The translations under genes and the position numbers were made by a program. From NCBI GenBank assembly GCA_041652815.1, contig JBAZGN010000001.1, positions 317,855-381,854 on the forward strand: 64,000 nucleotides of DNA, in the 5' to 3' direction. Shown here one piece after another: positions 9,223 through 18,588 of this stretch. The notes below the pieces were generated by a model. It saw only the letters and a list, made by a program, of their open reading frames with translations, made no database searches and was not told the DNA's origin. The stretch is from Candidatus Omnitrophota bacterium. GTDB lineage: Bacteria; Omnitrophota; Gorgyraeia; Duberdicusellales; 4484-171. Position 1 is the stretch's first letter. Every line of letters starts with the position of its first letter.

Positions 9223-9899
9223 CAGACCAAAGACTTCCTTGGGGTAGGTTAATTGTGGCGCTGGATTTGGGCAACGAAAAGGAAATAGAAAAAGTAGTAG
9301 AAATCCTTGCGCCGAAAAAGGCTAAATTTAAAATCGGCTCAATTGCTTTTACAAAATTTGGCCCGGCCCTTGTGCAAAAATTTACAAAGAAAAATATAGA
9401 TATATTCGTAGACTTAAAGCTTTATGATATTCCAAACACAATGAAGGAAACCGCTCGCGTGATAACCGAAATTGGTTGTTGGGCATTTACCGTGCACATA
9501 AAAGCAGGTGCGGATGCGCTAGCTGCCGTAAGAGACGAGGTAAAGAGAGCTGCGGAAGAAAAAAATATCCGAAAACCGCTAATTCTTGGTGTTACTGAGC
9601 TGACCAGCTCAAAGGCTTCCCCTGAAGACGTGCTAAAATTAGTAACTCTTGCCAACGATGCAAAACTTGATGGCGTTATTGCCTCAGCGCAGGAAGCCCC
9701 GGCAATAAAAGCCAAGTTTGATAATTTAAAAGTTATTACTCCCGGCATTCGTTCGCCTTTTGATGCAAAAGGAGACCAGCAACGAATAACTACTGCAAAA
9801 ACCGCTTTTGAATCAGGCGCAGACTATATTGTTGTCGGCCGGCCGATTATTTCAAAGAAAGATTATTTAAAAGCTGCCGAAGAAGTGCTTAGCGCGTAA
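9219..9899 (+). CDS. pyrF: Orotidine-5'-phosphate decarboxylase
   Basis: LIVALDL, FVDLKLYDIPNT, and an ATGA overlap with pyrD. Confidence 0.85.
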   Translation: MTDQRLPWGRLIVALDLGNEKEIEKVVEILAPKKAKFKIGSIAFTKFGPALVQKFTKKNIDIFVDLKLYDIPNTMKETARVITEIGCWAFTVHIKAGADALAAVRDEVKRAAEEKNIRKPLILGVTELTSSKASPEDVLKLVTLANDAKLDGVIASAQEAPAIKAKFDNLKVITPGIRSPFDAKGDQQRITTAKTAFESGADYIVVGRPIISKKDYLKAAEEVLSA

Positions 9900-9959
9900 T
9901 TGCGCGATGTATAAGATAATACAAGGCCGAATGCGCACGCCTGCAAGAAAGGATCAAAA

Positions 9960-10214
9960 ATGTTAGGTTTTATATTACTTCCAACTTTTATTGTAATGTT
10001 GTGTGTTATTGGATTTCATGAAGGTTGGAAAAAGGTATTGAAAATACTTGGCTTATGGCTAGGCTCCTTTGTTTTAATGGCCGTTATAGAAACAGCCTTT
10101 GGAATAAAAGCTAAAAGCCCCACCTTTAATGTCATCTCTTTATTGCTGTGGGGTTTATGGATTGTTGGGTTAATTATCTATAATGTTAAGGAAGGCCATA
10201 TTGGAAAATTTTGA
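9960..10214 (+). CDS. Small membrane protein (84 aa)
   Basis: Three hydrophobic helices. Confidence 0.4.
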   Translation: MLGFILLPTFIVMLCVIGFHEGWKKVLKILGLWLGSFVLMAVIETAFGIKAKSPTFNVISLLLWGLWIVGLIIYNVKEGHIGKF

Positions 10215-10230
10215 TAAAATTTAGATAAAT

Positions 10231-10500
10231 ATGATTATTGCAATTGGTATCCTCTTAGGCGTTCTAACCGGAGTGATTAATTTTTTCATCTTTGAAAAGC
10301 AGATGAAAGAATTTTTAGCTGGCAAGAAATGGCATTTAATAATCGCCGGTTATATAGCCAGATACGCCCTGATAGGCCTTGTTTTCTATTTTTCAAGTAA
10401 AAAAGCAAAGCCGCTTTTTATAGGAACTTTGCTTGGATTTTTCCTTGCACAGGTTATATTTTTTTCAAAAAAAGCCAGGTCCTCCAGGCTTACTTCATAG
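10231..10500 (+). CDS. Small membrane protein (89 aa), possibly an AtpI-like accessory of the ATPase operon
   Basis: Hydrophobic helices. It lies immediately upstream of the V-type ATPase genes. Confidence 0.35.
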   Translation: MIIAIGILLGVLTGVINFFIFEKQMKEFLAGKKWHLIIAGYIARYALIGLVFYFSSKKAKPLFIGTLLGFFLAQVIFFSKKARSSRLTS

Positions 10501-10599
10501 GAATAAGCATCTTCCCCATCGATTTTAAATCCCTTGAATTTATTAGGTAAATAGCTTATAATTGAAAGACTGGCAAAGATATTTGCCAGTCTTTCATCC

Positions 10600-10735
10600 T
10601 GAAGCCCGAAGGGCTGAAGGATCTGAGGAGCAAAGTGATGAAGGACCTATAATATTTGGAGTACTTATCCTCCTTCGCCCTTCAGCAATTCATAGCTGGT
10701 AGGGCTTCGGAGGACGTCACCAGATAAATACATTA
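10600..10735. repeat. Degenerate compound palindrome (CCCGAAGGGCTGAAGG ... CCTTCGCCCTTCAGC ... GGGCTTCGG) upstream of the ATPase operon
   Basis: Inverted arms seen directly. An earlier perfect 13-bp hairpin is at 10567-10598 (gaaagactggcaaagatatttgccagtctttc). Confidence 0.6.
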
Positions 10736-10737
10736 AG

Positions 10738-11367
10738 GTGTTCCACATGGCAGAAGACTTAAAAAGACTTATTGAGAAAATTCAAAAAGAAGGCATTGAG
10801 GCTGCAAAAGAAAAGGCTTCTAAAATCGAAGCCCAGGCCCATGCCCAGGCCCAGGCGATAATTTCAAAGGCTAAAGAAGAGGCTAACCGGTTGCTTGAAC
10901 AGGCAAAAGCCGAAATTATACGCCAGAAAGAAGCCACTACAAATTTACTTCGCCAGTCCGCGAGAGATACAGTTATCGGCCTACGCCAGGAATTGCTTCA
11001 GAAGCTATCAAATGTCATAAAAAAAGAAACTCACGCCGCCCTAAAAGCCAAGGACTTATCTGAAATCCTGATTAAATTGATGAAGGAATGCTCTAAAGAA
11101 ACCGGTTCAAACGTGGAAATAACATTAAGCAAGGAAGATGCAGATAAGCTTACCCAGGCATTTATTTCGGGTTTCAAGGAAGAGCTTAAAAAGGGAATTA
11201 CTTTAAAAACTTCCGACGAAATATCAGGAGGTTTTCTTATCAGCTACGATGCCGGTAAATCCCAATTCGATTTTACTGATTCTGCTTTGGCCCAATATCT
11301 CGCCCAGTATGTGCAGGGCAGGCTTGATGATATTTTGCAGCCCGCATCCACGAAAACCAAGCCTTAA
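10738..11367 (+). CDS. ntpE: V/A-type ATPase subunit E
   Basis: Coiled-coil, Ala/Lys/Glu-rich N-terminus, first gene of the E-X-A-B-D-I-K operon. Confidence 0.65.
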   Translation: MFHMAEDLKRLIEKIQKEGIEAAKEKASKIEAQAHAQAQAIISKAKEEANRLLEQAKAEIIRQKEATTNLLRQSARDTVIGLRQELLQKLSNVIKKETHAALKAKDLSEILIKLMKECSKETGSNVEITLSKEDADKLTQAFISGFKEELKKGITLKTSDEISGGFLISYDAGKSQFDFTDSALAQYLAQYVQGRLDDILQPASTKTKP

Positions 11368-11368
11368 T

Positions 11369-11920
11369 ATGCCAAATTATCACCCATATCTTATTTCAAG
11401 TTTACCATATCTTCGGCTCGACATGAAAGCACCGATTGGGTTTAAGCGTTTTTTAGAGCTTTGCAGCGATTCTATACCAAAAGATGAACTCGCGATTTTA
11501 GAAAATTCCCCCGATATTATTAAAGAACAACAGAAATTTTATGTTAAGCCGAAACCCATCGTAAAAGCCTGGCGTGATTTTGAATTTATGCTGCGCAATG
11601 AATTAGTCAAAATTAGGGCAAAACGGCTGCATAAAGATGCCACGTCTTATTTGCGCGCTCCCCTGGATGCGGAATTTTCATCTGCGCATACAATTGGCGA
11701 GATTGCGCGCCAGCCACATCCTCTGGAAACTGAACGTAGGCTTGATGCATTACGTTGGAATAAACTTGATGAATTATGCTTCGGCCATTACTTTGATTTG
11801 GAATTCCTTTTTGTTTACGCCCAGAAATTACTTATCTTGGAACGTTGGGACAGAATTCGCAGCGCAGATAAGCAGAAGTTGCTTAATGGCGTATTGGAAG
11901 CAGTTGCACAACATTTGTGA
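11369..11920 (+). CDS. V-type ATPase operon protein of unknown function (subunit-C-position, DUF2764-like; 183 aa)
   Basis: ATG at 11369, 1 nt after the ntpE stop. The ORF-track 5' extension from 11249 overlaps ntpE and is rejected. Confidence 0.5.
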   Translation: MPNYHPYLISSLPYLRLDMKAPIGFKRFLELCSDSIPKDELAILENSPDIIKEQQKFYVKPKPIVKAWRDFEFMLRNELVKIRAKRLHKDATSYLRAPLDAEFSSAHTIGEIARQPHPLETERRLDALRWNKLDELCFGHYFDLEFLFVYAQKLLILERWDRIRSADKQKLLNGVLEAVAQHL

Positions 11921-11959
11921 CAGATAGCAGATTGCAGATAGTAGATAAAATAAAAACAC

Positions 11960-13714
11960 ATGGATAGAAAAGGAATTATTACAAAAATTGTCGCAAACAT
12001 GGTAAGCGTGCGGGTGGATGGCTCTGTCACCCAGAACGAAGTTGCCTATATTTTGCATGGGCCAGAACGCCTCAAAGCCGAGGTTATCCGCATCCGCGGT
12101 AAAATCGCTGAAACCCAGGTGTATGAATCAACAACAGCCCTTAAGGTTGGAGATGAAGTAGAGCTTACCGGAGAGTTGCTTTCGGTTGAATTAGGCCCTG
12201 GCCTCTTGGGGCAAATTTTCGATGGCCTGCAAAATCCGCTTCCTCAGATAGCAAAAGAATGCGGATTTTTTCTTAAGCGCGGCGTATATAAAAAGGCACT
12301 TGTTGATAGTACAACCTGGGAATTTAATCCTCTGATTAAAAAGGGCGATACTCGCCGGGCGGGAGATAAAATTGGATATGTCAACGAACACATTTTTAAG
12401 CACTACATCATGGTGCCCTTTGGTTTAAAGGGAATACTTAAAATAAATTCCATAGCCGCCAAAGGCACCTATGATCTTACACAGCCTATAGCTACGATTG
12501 AAGAGCCAAACGGAAAAACACACGAAGTATTTTTAAAACAAATCTGGCCGGTAAAAATTCCTATTGAAGCCTACGCTGAAAAAATAAAGCCAATTGAACC
12601 ATTGGTTACTAAAATACGTATCATAGATTCGCTTTTTCCGGTTAGCCTTGGGGGAACTTATTGCGTTCCCGGGCCTTTCGGCGCAGGCAAAACTGTCTTA
12701 CAGCAATTAATCAGCCGGCACGCCGAAGTTGATGTAGTAGTTATTGCTGCCTGCGGCGAACGCGCCGGCGAAGTTGTCGAAACCTTAAAAACTTTTCCGC
12801 AGATAAAAGACCCGCGCACAAATTTACCTTTATCCGAGCGCACAGTTATTATTTGTAATACCAGCTCAATGCCTGTTGCGGCACGTGAATCAAGCGTCTA
12901 TACCGCTGTAACTATTGCCGAATACTACAGGCTTATGGGTTTAAACGTAATGCTTCTGGCTGATTCAACAAGCCGCTGGGCGCAGGCGATGAGAGAAATG
13001 TCCGGCCGGCTAGAAGAGATTCCGGGAGAGGAAGCTTTTCCTGCTTACCTTGAATCTCGGATTGCCTCATTTTATGAGCGAGCAGGTTTAGTTCGTTTAA
13101 ACGACGGCACATTCGGTTCGGTTACAATTGGTGGGACGGTAAGCCCTGCCGGAGGAAATTTCGAAGAACCGGTAACGCAGGCGACATTAAAAGTTGTCGG
13201 AACATTCCATGGCCTGTCACGCGACAGGTCAAACGCAAGAAGGTATCCGGCAATTGACCCGCTAATAAGCTGGAGTAAATATAAAGGTATTATTGAAGAT
13301 AGTTTAATTGCGCGCGGGCATGCAGTGCTTGATAAAAGCCATGAAGTTGAGCAGATGATGAAAGTTATTGGTGAGGAAGGAACCTCTCTGCCGGATTTTG
13401 TAGAATATCTTAAGGGTGAATTTTTCGATTTTGTATATTTGCAGCAGAATGCATTTGACGCGGTGGATGAATCGACAGAAGCGCCCCGCCAAAAATATAT
13501 TTTTGGTTTTATTTATTCAAATATTTTTGAAAAAGATTTTAACTTTATTGATAAAGACGCAGCCAGGCATTTTTTCCATACCCTTCGGCAAGCTTTCAGA
13601 GGATGGAACTCAAGCGAGTTTGAGAGCGAAGAGTTTAGAAGAATAGAAAGAGAAATAGTTAGTGCAATTAGTATAAAAATAACCAAGCTCCAAGATACAA
13701 TAACCAAACAATGA
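11960..13714 (+). CDS. ntpA: V/A-type ATPase catalytic subunit A
   Basis: P-loop GPFGAGKTVL, 584 aa. The last codons and stop codon lie inside repeat E1. Confidence 0.95.
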   Translation: MDRKGIITKIVANMVSVRVDGSVTQNEVAYILHGPERLKAEVIRIRGKIAETQVYESTTALKVGDEVELTGELLSVELGPGLLGQIFDGLQNPLPQIAKECGFFLKRGVYKKALVDSTTWEFNPLIKKGDTRRAGDKIGYVNEHIFKHYIMVPFGLKGILKINSIAAKGTYDLTQPIATIEEPNGKTHEVFLKQIWPVKIPIEAYAEKIKPIEPLVTKIRIIDSLFPVSLGGTYCVPGPFGAGKTVLQQLISRHAEVDVVVIAACGERAGEVVETLKTFPQIKDPRTNLPLSERTVIICNTSSMPVAARESSVYTAVTIAEYYRLMGLNVMLLADSTSRWAQAMREMSGRLEEIPGEEAFPAYLESRIASFYERAGLVRLNDGTFGSVTIGGTVSPAGGNFEEPVTQATLKVVGTFHGLSRDRSNARRYPAIDPLISWSKYKGIIEDSLIARGHAVLDKSHEVEQMMKVIGEEGTSLPDFVEYLKGEFFDFVYLQQNAFDAVDESTEAPRQKYIFGFIYSNIFEKDFNFIDKDAARHFFHTLRQAFRGWNSSEFESEEFRRIEREIVSAISIKITKLQDTITKQ

Positions 13715-13794
13715 CCAATAACCAAATCTCAATAACCAAACAAAAACCAATATCTCCGTTTGGTTATTGGATATTGGAATTTGTTTGGAGCTTG
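13677..13794. repeat. Compound palindrome, AACCAAACAA family (E1), overlapping the ntpA 3' end
   Basis: aaataaccaagctccaagatacaataaccaaacaatgaccaataaccaaat...ccgtttggttattgg. It is >90% identical over ~60 nt to E2 at 33439. Confidence 0.85.
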
Positions 13795-13795
13795 C

Positions 13796-13856
13796 CCGTC
13801 AATTTGCTGTAGGCAAATTGACGAGGTCTCGTCAAATTCAAAGAATTTGACGGATA
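13796..13856. repeat. Second hairpin built from CGTCAATTTG / CAAATTGACG words
   Basis: cgtcaatttgctgtaggcaaattgacgaggtctcgtcaaattcaaagaatttgacgg. Confidence 0.7.
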
Positions 13857-13905
13857 TCTTGATTATTGATTATTTAATCACATTTCAACTTGTATAGAGG
13901 CAAAG

Positions 13906-15213
13906 ATGCATAAAATTTATACAAACATCAGCCAGATTTCCGGAGACGTTATTACTGTAGCTGCTTCCGGCGTAGGCTACATGGAAATTGCCCAAGTTGA
14001 GACACGTCTTGGCATGTCCCTCGCGCAGGTAATAAGGCTTGATGGCGACAAGGTTTATTTACAGGTTTTTGCCGGAAGCAAAGGCATATCAACCGGAGAT
14101 AAAGTCCGTTTCTTGGGGCACTCCATGAATGTATCGAGCGGCGAAAGCTTACTCGGCCGTATATTTAACGGAGTAGGCTTACCTCTGGATAAAGGCCCGG
14201 CTCTCTCAGAAAATATAATTGAAATAGGAGGGCCGCCGGTCAATCCTGTCAAACGCATCATACCCAATAAAATGATACGTACAGGCATACCAATGATAGA
14301 TGTTTTTAATTCGCTGGTTGAATCACAGAAGCTTCCGATTTTTTCTATTGCCGGTGAGCCTTACAACGAAGTGCTTGCGCGAATAGCCACTCAGGCAGAA
14401 ATAGATATTATAGTTTTAGGCGGTATGGGCTTAAAGTATGACGACTATCTTTTTTTTAGAGACAACCTGCGCGCGCGCGGCGCACTTAGCCGCTCCGTAT
14501 TTTTTATTCATACAGCCGCAGACCCTACGGTTGAATGCCTGCTTGTTCCGGACATTGCGCTTGCGGTAGCCGAGGATTTCGCTCTTTCCGGAAAACGCGT
14601 ATTGGTATTGCTTTCTGATATGACTAATTTTTGCGACGCGCTTAAAGAAATATCAATTACAATGGAGCAGGTTCCTTCTAACCGCGGTTATCCCGGAGAC
14701 CTTTACTCCCAGCTGGCAAGCCGGTATGAAAAAGCCGTAGATTTTGATACAGCCGGTTCAATTACAATCCTTGCAGTTACTACAATGCCCGGCGATGATG
14801 TAACGCACCCGGTGCCGGATAATACCGGCTATATCACCGAAGGGCAATTCTATCTTAAGGGTGGGGTTATCGAACCGTTTGGTTCTTTAAGCCGGCTCAA
14901 ACAGCAGGTTAATGGAAAAACCCGCGATGACCACAGAACGATTATGGATACAATGATTCAGCTTTTTGCCAGTTACCGTGAAACGCTGGAGAAGCAGGCA
15001 ATGGGTTTTCATATGAGCGCCTGGGATAAAAAACTCTTGAAATACGGCCTTTTGTTTGAAGAGCGAATGATGTCTTTAAAAGTAAACATACCGCTTGAAG
15101 AAGCTCTTAACTTAGGCTGGGCAATTATGAAAACTTGTTTTTCGCCTGAAGAAACAGGAATACGGAAAGCAATAATTGAGAAGTATTGGGATAAAGCCGA
15201 AATAATAAGTTAG
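13906..15213 (+). CDS. ntpB: V/A-type ATPase subunit B
   Basis: 435 aa, non-catalytic subunit signature ([19 protein letters not shown]). Confidence 0.95.
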   Translation: MHKIYTNISQISGDVITVAASGVGYMEIAQVETRLGMSLAQVIRLDGDKVYLQVFAGSKGISTGDKVRFLGHSMNVSSGESLLGRIFNGVGLPLDKGPALSENIIEIGGPPVNPVKRIIPNKMIRTGIPMIDVFNSLVESQKLPIFSIAGEPYNEVLARIATQAEIDIIVLGGMGLKYDDYLFFRDNLRARGALSRSVFFIHTAADPTVECLLVPDIALAVAEDFALSGKRVLVLLSDMTNFCDALKEISITMEQVPSNRGYPGDLYSQLASRYEKAVDFDTAGSITILAVTTMPGDDVTHPVPDNTGYITEGQFYLKGGVIEPFGSLSRLKQQVNGKTRDDHRTIMDTMIQLFASYRETLEKQAMGFHMSAWDKKLLKYGLLFEERMMSLKVNIPLEEALNLGWAIMKTCFSPEETGIRKAIIEKYWDKAEIIS

Positions 15214-15318
15214 GTTACGAAGGTTACGAAAGTTACGCAGGTTACGAAGGTTACAACAAACCTTCGATGTTTTAAAAGTAACATTGTAACTTCTCGTAAC
15301 ACCCGTAACCTTCGTAAC
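15212..15318. repeat. Compound palindrome, GGTTACGAAGG family (A1)
   Basis: taggttacgaaggttacgaaagttacgcaggttacgaaggttacaa ... cttctcgtaacacccgtaaccttcgtaac. Copies are at 30582, 39134 and 42995. Confidence 0.9.
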
Positions 15319-15326
15319 AGATACAT

Positions 15327-15947
15327 ATGTCAAAAGTAAAACTAACCAAGGGTGAACTAAAACGGCAGCGCGATAGCTTGCACCAGTTTGAGCGGTTTCT
15401 GCCAACTTTGCAGCTTAAAAAACAGCAGCTGCAGATGGAGATACTTTCTCATTACGGGCTTTTGGAAAAAACAAAACACGAGGAAGAATTAAAACGAAAA
15501 AGCTTTGAAAACTGGCTTTTGCTTTTGGCAGAGCCCCAGGTTGATATTAGCAAATTGTTAACAATAAAAGAAATCAATCTAAGTTCTAAAAATATCGCAG
15601 GCATAGATATTCCTGTGTTTGAATCCTGCGAGTTTAAAGAAATCGAATACGATTTATTCACAACTCCTTTGTGGGTTGACCATGCAATAAGCGCTTTTCG
15701 CGAATTGATTTCTATACGTAGCTCAATTAAAGCCATCGAGGAAAGCATTCTTATTCTGAAGCAGGAATTACGTATTACAACCCAGCGGGTTAATCTCTTT
15801 GAAAAGGTGAAGATTCCCGAAGCAGAAGAAGCAATACGGCTGATTAAAATTTATATCGGCGACCAGCTAACCAATGCTGTAGGCCGCAGCAAAATCGCAA
15901 AGCGTAAAATTGAATACGCGAATGAACGCGAATTTGCACCTTTATAA
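15327..15947 (+). CDS. ntpD: V/A-type ATPase subunit D
   Basis: N-terminus KLTKGELKRQRDSLHQFERFLPTLQLKKQQL. The C-terminal codons and stop lie inside repeat I1. Confidence 0.8.
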   Translation: MSKVKLTKGELKRQRDSLHQFERFLPTLQLKKQQLQMEILSHYGLLEKTKHEEELKRKSFENWLLLLAEPQVDISKLLTIKEINLSSKNIAGIDIPVFESCEFKEIEYDLFTTPLWVDHAISAFRELISIRSSIKAIEESILILKQELRITTQRVNLFEKVKIPEAEEAIRLIKIYIGDQLTNAVGRSKIAKRKIEYANEREFAPL

Positions 15948-16040
15948 TTTGATTTAGGTATAAACGCGAATAAACGCAAATGGAAAAAATGTAAAAATTA
16001 TTCGCGACCATTCGTAAGAATTCGCGAGAATTTGCGTTAA
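15915..16040. repeat. Compound palindrome, CGCGAATA family (I1)
   Basis: gaatacgcgaatgaacgcgaatttgc ... aaacgcgaataaacgcaaatgg ... attcgcgaccattcgtaagaattcgcgagaatttgcg. The paralog is at 56011-56140. Confidence 0.85.
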
Positions 16041-16045
16041 ATCTT

Positions 16046-17809
16046 ATGATAGTTAAAATGAAAAAAGCCACAATTTTGGTGCAGGGTAAAGACGCTAAAA
16101 GCGCTACGCTTAAGCTGCGAAAGCTGGGGTTATTGCACGTAGAACATCAAGCTACCCCCCAAGGGAAAGAGCTTAATGCATTGCAGGAAGAAATAGCATT
16201 TATGAGCGAAGCAATTACAATATTATCTATGCCCAAATACAATAAAAATGTACCAGAGCATAAACAGCTCGAGGGCGATTGGAAAATAACTGCAAAGCAT
16301 ATCGTTGATGTTTATAAACGTATTGACCATCTCAAAGAGTATGGCCGCCGGCTCTCTGCGCAGACAGAAGAATGGGGCAATTGGGGTGATTTTGAGCCGG
16401 AAACAATAAAGGCGCTATCAGCCAAGGGTATTTTCGTAAAGCTTTATCAAATTCCCGTTAAAGAGCTGACGCAGGTTCCGGAAAGCGTGGTAGTTTCGCA
16501 AATAAAAGTTTTAAAAGGCGTTGCGCTTGTTGCGCTTGTGAGCCTTAAAACCATTGAGCTTCCCTTTAAAGAATTAGCATTGCCGAATTTAAGTATTTCA
16601 AAAATGAAAGCGCGTTTAGAAGAAGATGCAAAAGTTTCTTCGGCGCTGTCAGAAGAATTAAGCGGGCTTTGCTTATATAGAGAAAGCTTTTTAAGCATAA
16701 AGAAAAATCTTTTAAAGCAATTTGAATTCGAGGAAGCCTTAAAAGGCATGGGCCAGCACGAAAATATTATGTACTTGACAGGATATAGTCCTTGCGATAA
16801 AACTGATATGCTCTTAGCTGCCGCTAAAGATAATACCTGGGGGATATATGTGCGAGACCCGGATGAGTCAGATAATGTCCCGACACTTATCTCTAATCCG
16901 CGTTGGATATCCATAATTAACCCTGTTTTTAAGTTTATAGAAATTACTCCAGGCTACAAAGAGCTTGATATAAGCCTGTGGTTTTTGATATTCTTTTCCA
17001 TATTCTTCGGCATGCTTATCGGAGACGCCGGTATCGGCGCAATCTTTTGCCTGCTTACTTTTTTAGCGCAAAGAAAGTTTGCCGCAAAAGTTAAGAATAT
17101 CAAAATTTTTGTTCTTTTTTATTTACTGAGCGGTTGCGCTATCGTGTGGGGTGTGGCCAGCGGCACAATTTTCGGGCAGGAGTGGCTCAAAGGATTTATA
17201 AAACCGGTTTTTCCGGTATTACAAAACGAAAAATTCGTGCAAAGTTTATGTTTTTTACTTGGCGCAATCCACTTAAGCATAGCCCATTCCTGGCGCGCAA
17301 TATTGAAGGCCCCTTCGCTTAAGGCTTTATCCGACATCGGCTGGATTTTAATTCTATGGGGTGGGTTTTTTCTGGCCAAAACCCTGGTTCTTGCGGACGC
17401 ATTTCCAGATTTTGGCAAATGGCTATTTTTATCCGGAACGCTTTTGGTTATAGTATTTTCCGAACCGAATAGAAATATTTTGAAAGCCATCAGCAAAGGC
17501 CTGGGCGCATTCGCCCTAAGTGCCGTTAATAGTTTTACCGATATAGTTTCGTATGTGAGGCTTTTTGCGGTTGGCCTTGCTACAGTTGCCGTTGCCGATG
17601 CTTTTAACAATATGGCTATGGGGTTGTGGGGCAACGGAATTCTTGCAGCTTTCCTGGGCGCATTTATACTTTTTATTGGCCAGGCGTTAAACGTTATTTT
17701 AGGTCCTATCGCTGTTTTGGTGCACGGGGTAAGGCTTAATGTTCTTGAGTTTTGCAATCATATAGATCTTAAATGGTCAGGATTTAGCTATAAACCGTTA
17801 CATGAATAA
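16046..17809 (+). CDS. ntpI: V/A-type ATPase subunit I (membrane a-subunit)
   Basis: 587 aa with a hydrophilic N-terminal half, then 7-8 TM helices with a conserved Arg-containing helix. Confidence 0.85.
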   Translation: MIVKMKKATILVQGKDAKSATLKLRKLGLLHVEHQATPQGKELNALQEEIAFMSEAITILSMPKYNKNVPEHKQLEGDWKITAKHIVDVYKRIDHLKEYGRRLSAQTEEWGNWGDFEPETIKALSAKGIFVKLYQIPVKELTQVPESVVVSQIKVLKGVALVALVSLKTIELPFKELALPNLSISKMKARLEEDAKVSSALSEELSGLCLYRESFLSIKKNLLKQFEFEEALKGMGQHENIMYLTGYSPCDKTDMLLAAAKDNTWGIYVRDPDESDNVPTLISNPRWISIINPVFKFIEITPGYKELDISLWFLIFFSIFFGMLIGDAGIGAIFCLLTFLAQRKFAAKVKNIKIFVLFYLLSGCAIVWGVASGTIFGQEWLKGFIKPVFPVLQNEKFVQSLCFLLGAIHLSIAHSWRAILKAPSLKALSDIGWILILWGGFFLAKTLVLADAFPDFGKWLFLSGTLLVIVFSEPNRNILKAISKGLGAFALSAVNSFTDIVSYVRLFAVGLATVAVADAFNNMAMGLWGNGILAAFLGAFILFIGQALNVILGPIAVLVHGVRLNVLEFCNHIDLKWSGFSYKPLHE

Positions 17810-17819
17810 TTTTATGACA

Positions 17820-17948
17820 AACTCTAAACCCGAAATCCTAAACTCTAAACAAACTCGAAACTACAAATTACAAATTCCAAACGTTTTGAGTTTAGAGTTT
17901 CGAGTTTATAGTTTATTTAGAGTTTCGAGTTTAGTGTTTAGGGTTTAT
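17820..17948. repeat. Compound palindrome, AACTCTAAAC family (C1)
   Basis: aactctaaacccgaaatcctaaactctaaacaaactcgaaac ... gtttagagtttcgagtttagtgtttagggtt. The copy is at 23709. Confidence 0.9.
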
Positions 17949-17964
17949 CTTAAAGGGAGGAGTT

Positions 17965-18423
17965 ATGGAAGCAACTAACTTTTTGATACAGTTTAAAGAT
18001 TTAGGGGCAGCTGCAGTGCTTGCGCTTAGCGCCGCAGGTTCTGCTCTTGGCGCGGGAGTAGCCGGGCTTGCCGCAATAGGCGCGTGGAAGAAGAGTTTCG
18101 CTCAAAATAAAAACGCCTCTTTCGCTATTGTTGCATTTGTCGGCGCGCCCCTTACTCAGACTATTTACGGAATGATTGTAATGAATAAAATCGTCGAACT
18201 CTCCTTGAAAGGAGTTTATGTATGGAGCGTCGGTATATTTTGCGGTTTAGCCATAGGCCTTTCTGCGTTATGGCAGGGAAAGGCTGCGGCAGTTGCCTGT
18301 GACGCATTGGGTGAAACCGAAAAAGGCTTTGCGAATTATATAATAGTTTTAGGAATCATTGAAACGGTTGCTCTATTTGTAATGGCATTTTCTCTCGGAT
18401 TGTTAGGCAGATTGGCAGGATAG
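17965..18423 (+). CDS. ntpK: V/A-type ATPase proteolipid subunit K (4-TM c-subunit)
   Basis: 152 aa, Ala/Gly-rich TM hairpins. SD GGGAGG lies upstream. Confidence 0.8.
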   Translation: MEATNFLIQFKDLGAAAVLALSAAGSALGAGVAGLAAIGAWKKSFAQNKNASFAIVAFVGAPLTQTIYGMIVMNKIVELSLKGVYVWSVGIFCGLAIGLSALWQGKAAAVACDALGETEKGFANYIIVLGIIETVALFVMAFSLGLLGRLAG

Positions 18424-18508
18424 GTTTTGTTTTTTAAGGCACTTCGAAAATATTTTCTCAGTGCCGCTAAAAAACAAGGAATAACCCTGGATAAAGTTCT
18501 TTTTTAGC

Positions 18509-18582
18509 GGGCGCATAGCTCAGCTGGTTAGAGCACTTCTTTTACAAGGAAGGGGTCTAAGGTTCGAATCCTTATGCGCCCA
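18509..18582 (+). tRNA. tRNA-Val (anticodon TAC)
   Basis: Cloverleaf folded by hand: acceptor GGGCGCA/TGCGCCC, D-arm GCTC-AGCTGGTTA-GAGC, anticodon stem CTTCT/GGAAG with loop TTTACAA, T-arm TAAGG-TTCGAAT-CCTTA, discriminator A. CCA is not encoded. Confidence 0.9.
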
Positions 18583-18588
18583 TATAAT

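Noticed and set aside
11249-11367. 5' extension of the ntpE-downstream ORF (track start 11249) and the alternative-frame ORF 11637-11927
   Set aside because: The extension overlaps ntpE in another frame. A clean ATG at 11369, 1 nt after the ntpE stop, gives the start. The 96-aa alternative frame lies inside the same gene.
17119-17757. 212-aa ORF antisense to ntpI
   Set aside because: It is entirely antisense to a conserved membrane-subunit gene and has no start context or domain signature. This is the typical shadow ORF of an Ala/Gly-rich sense frame.
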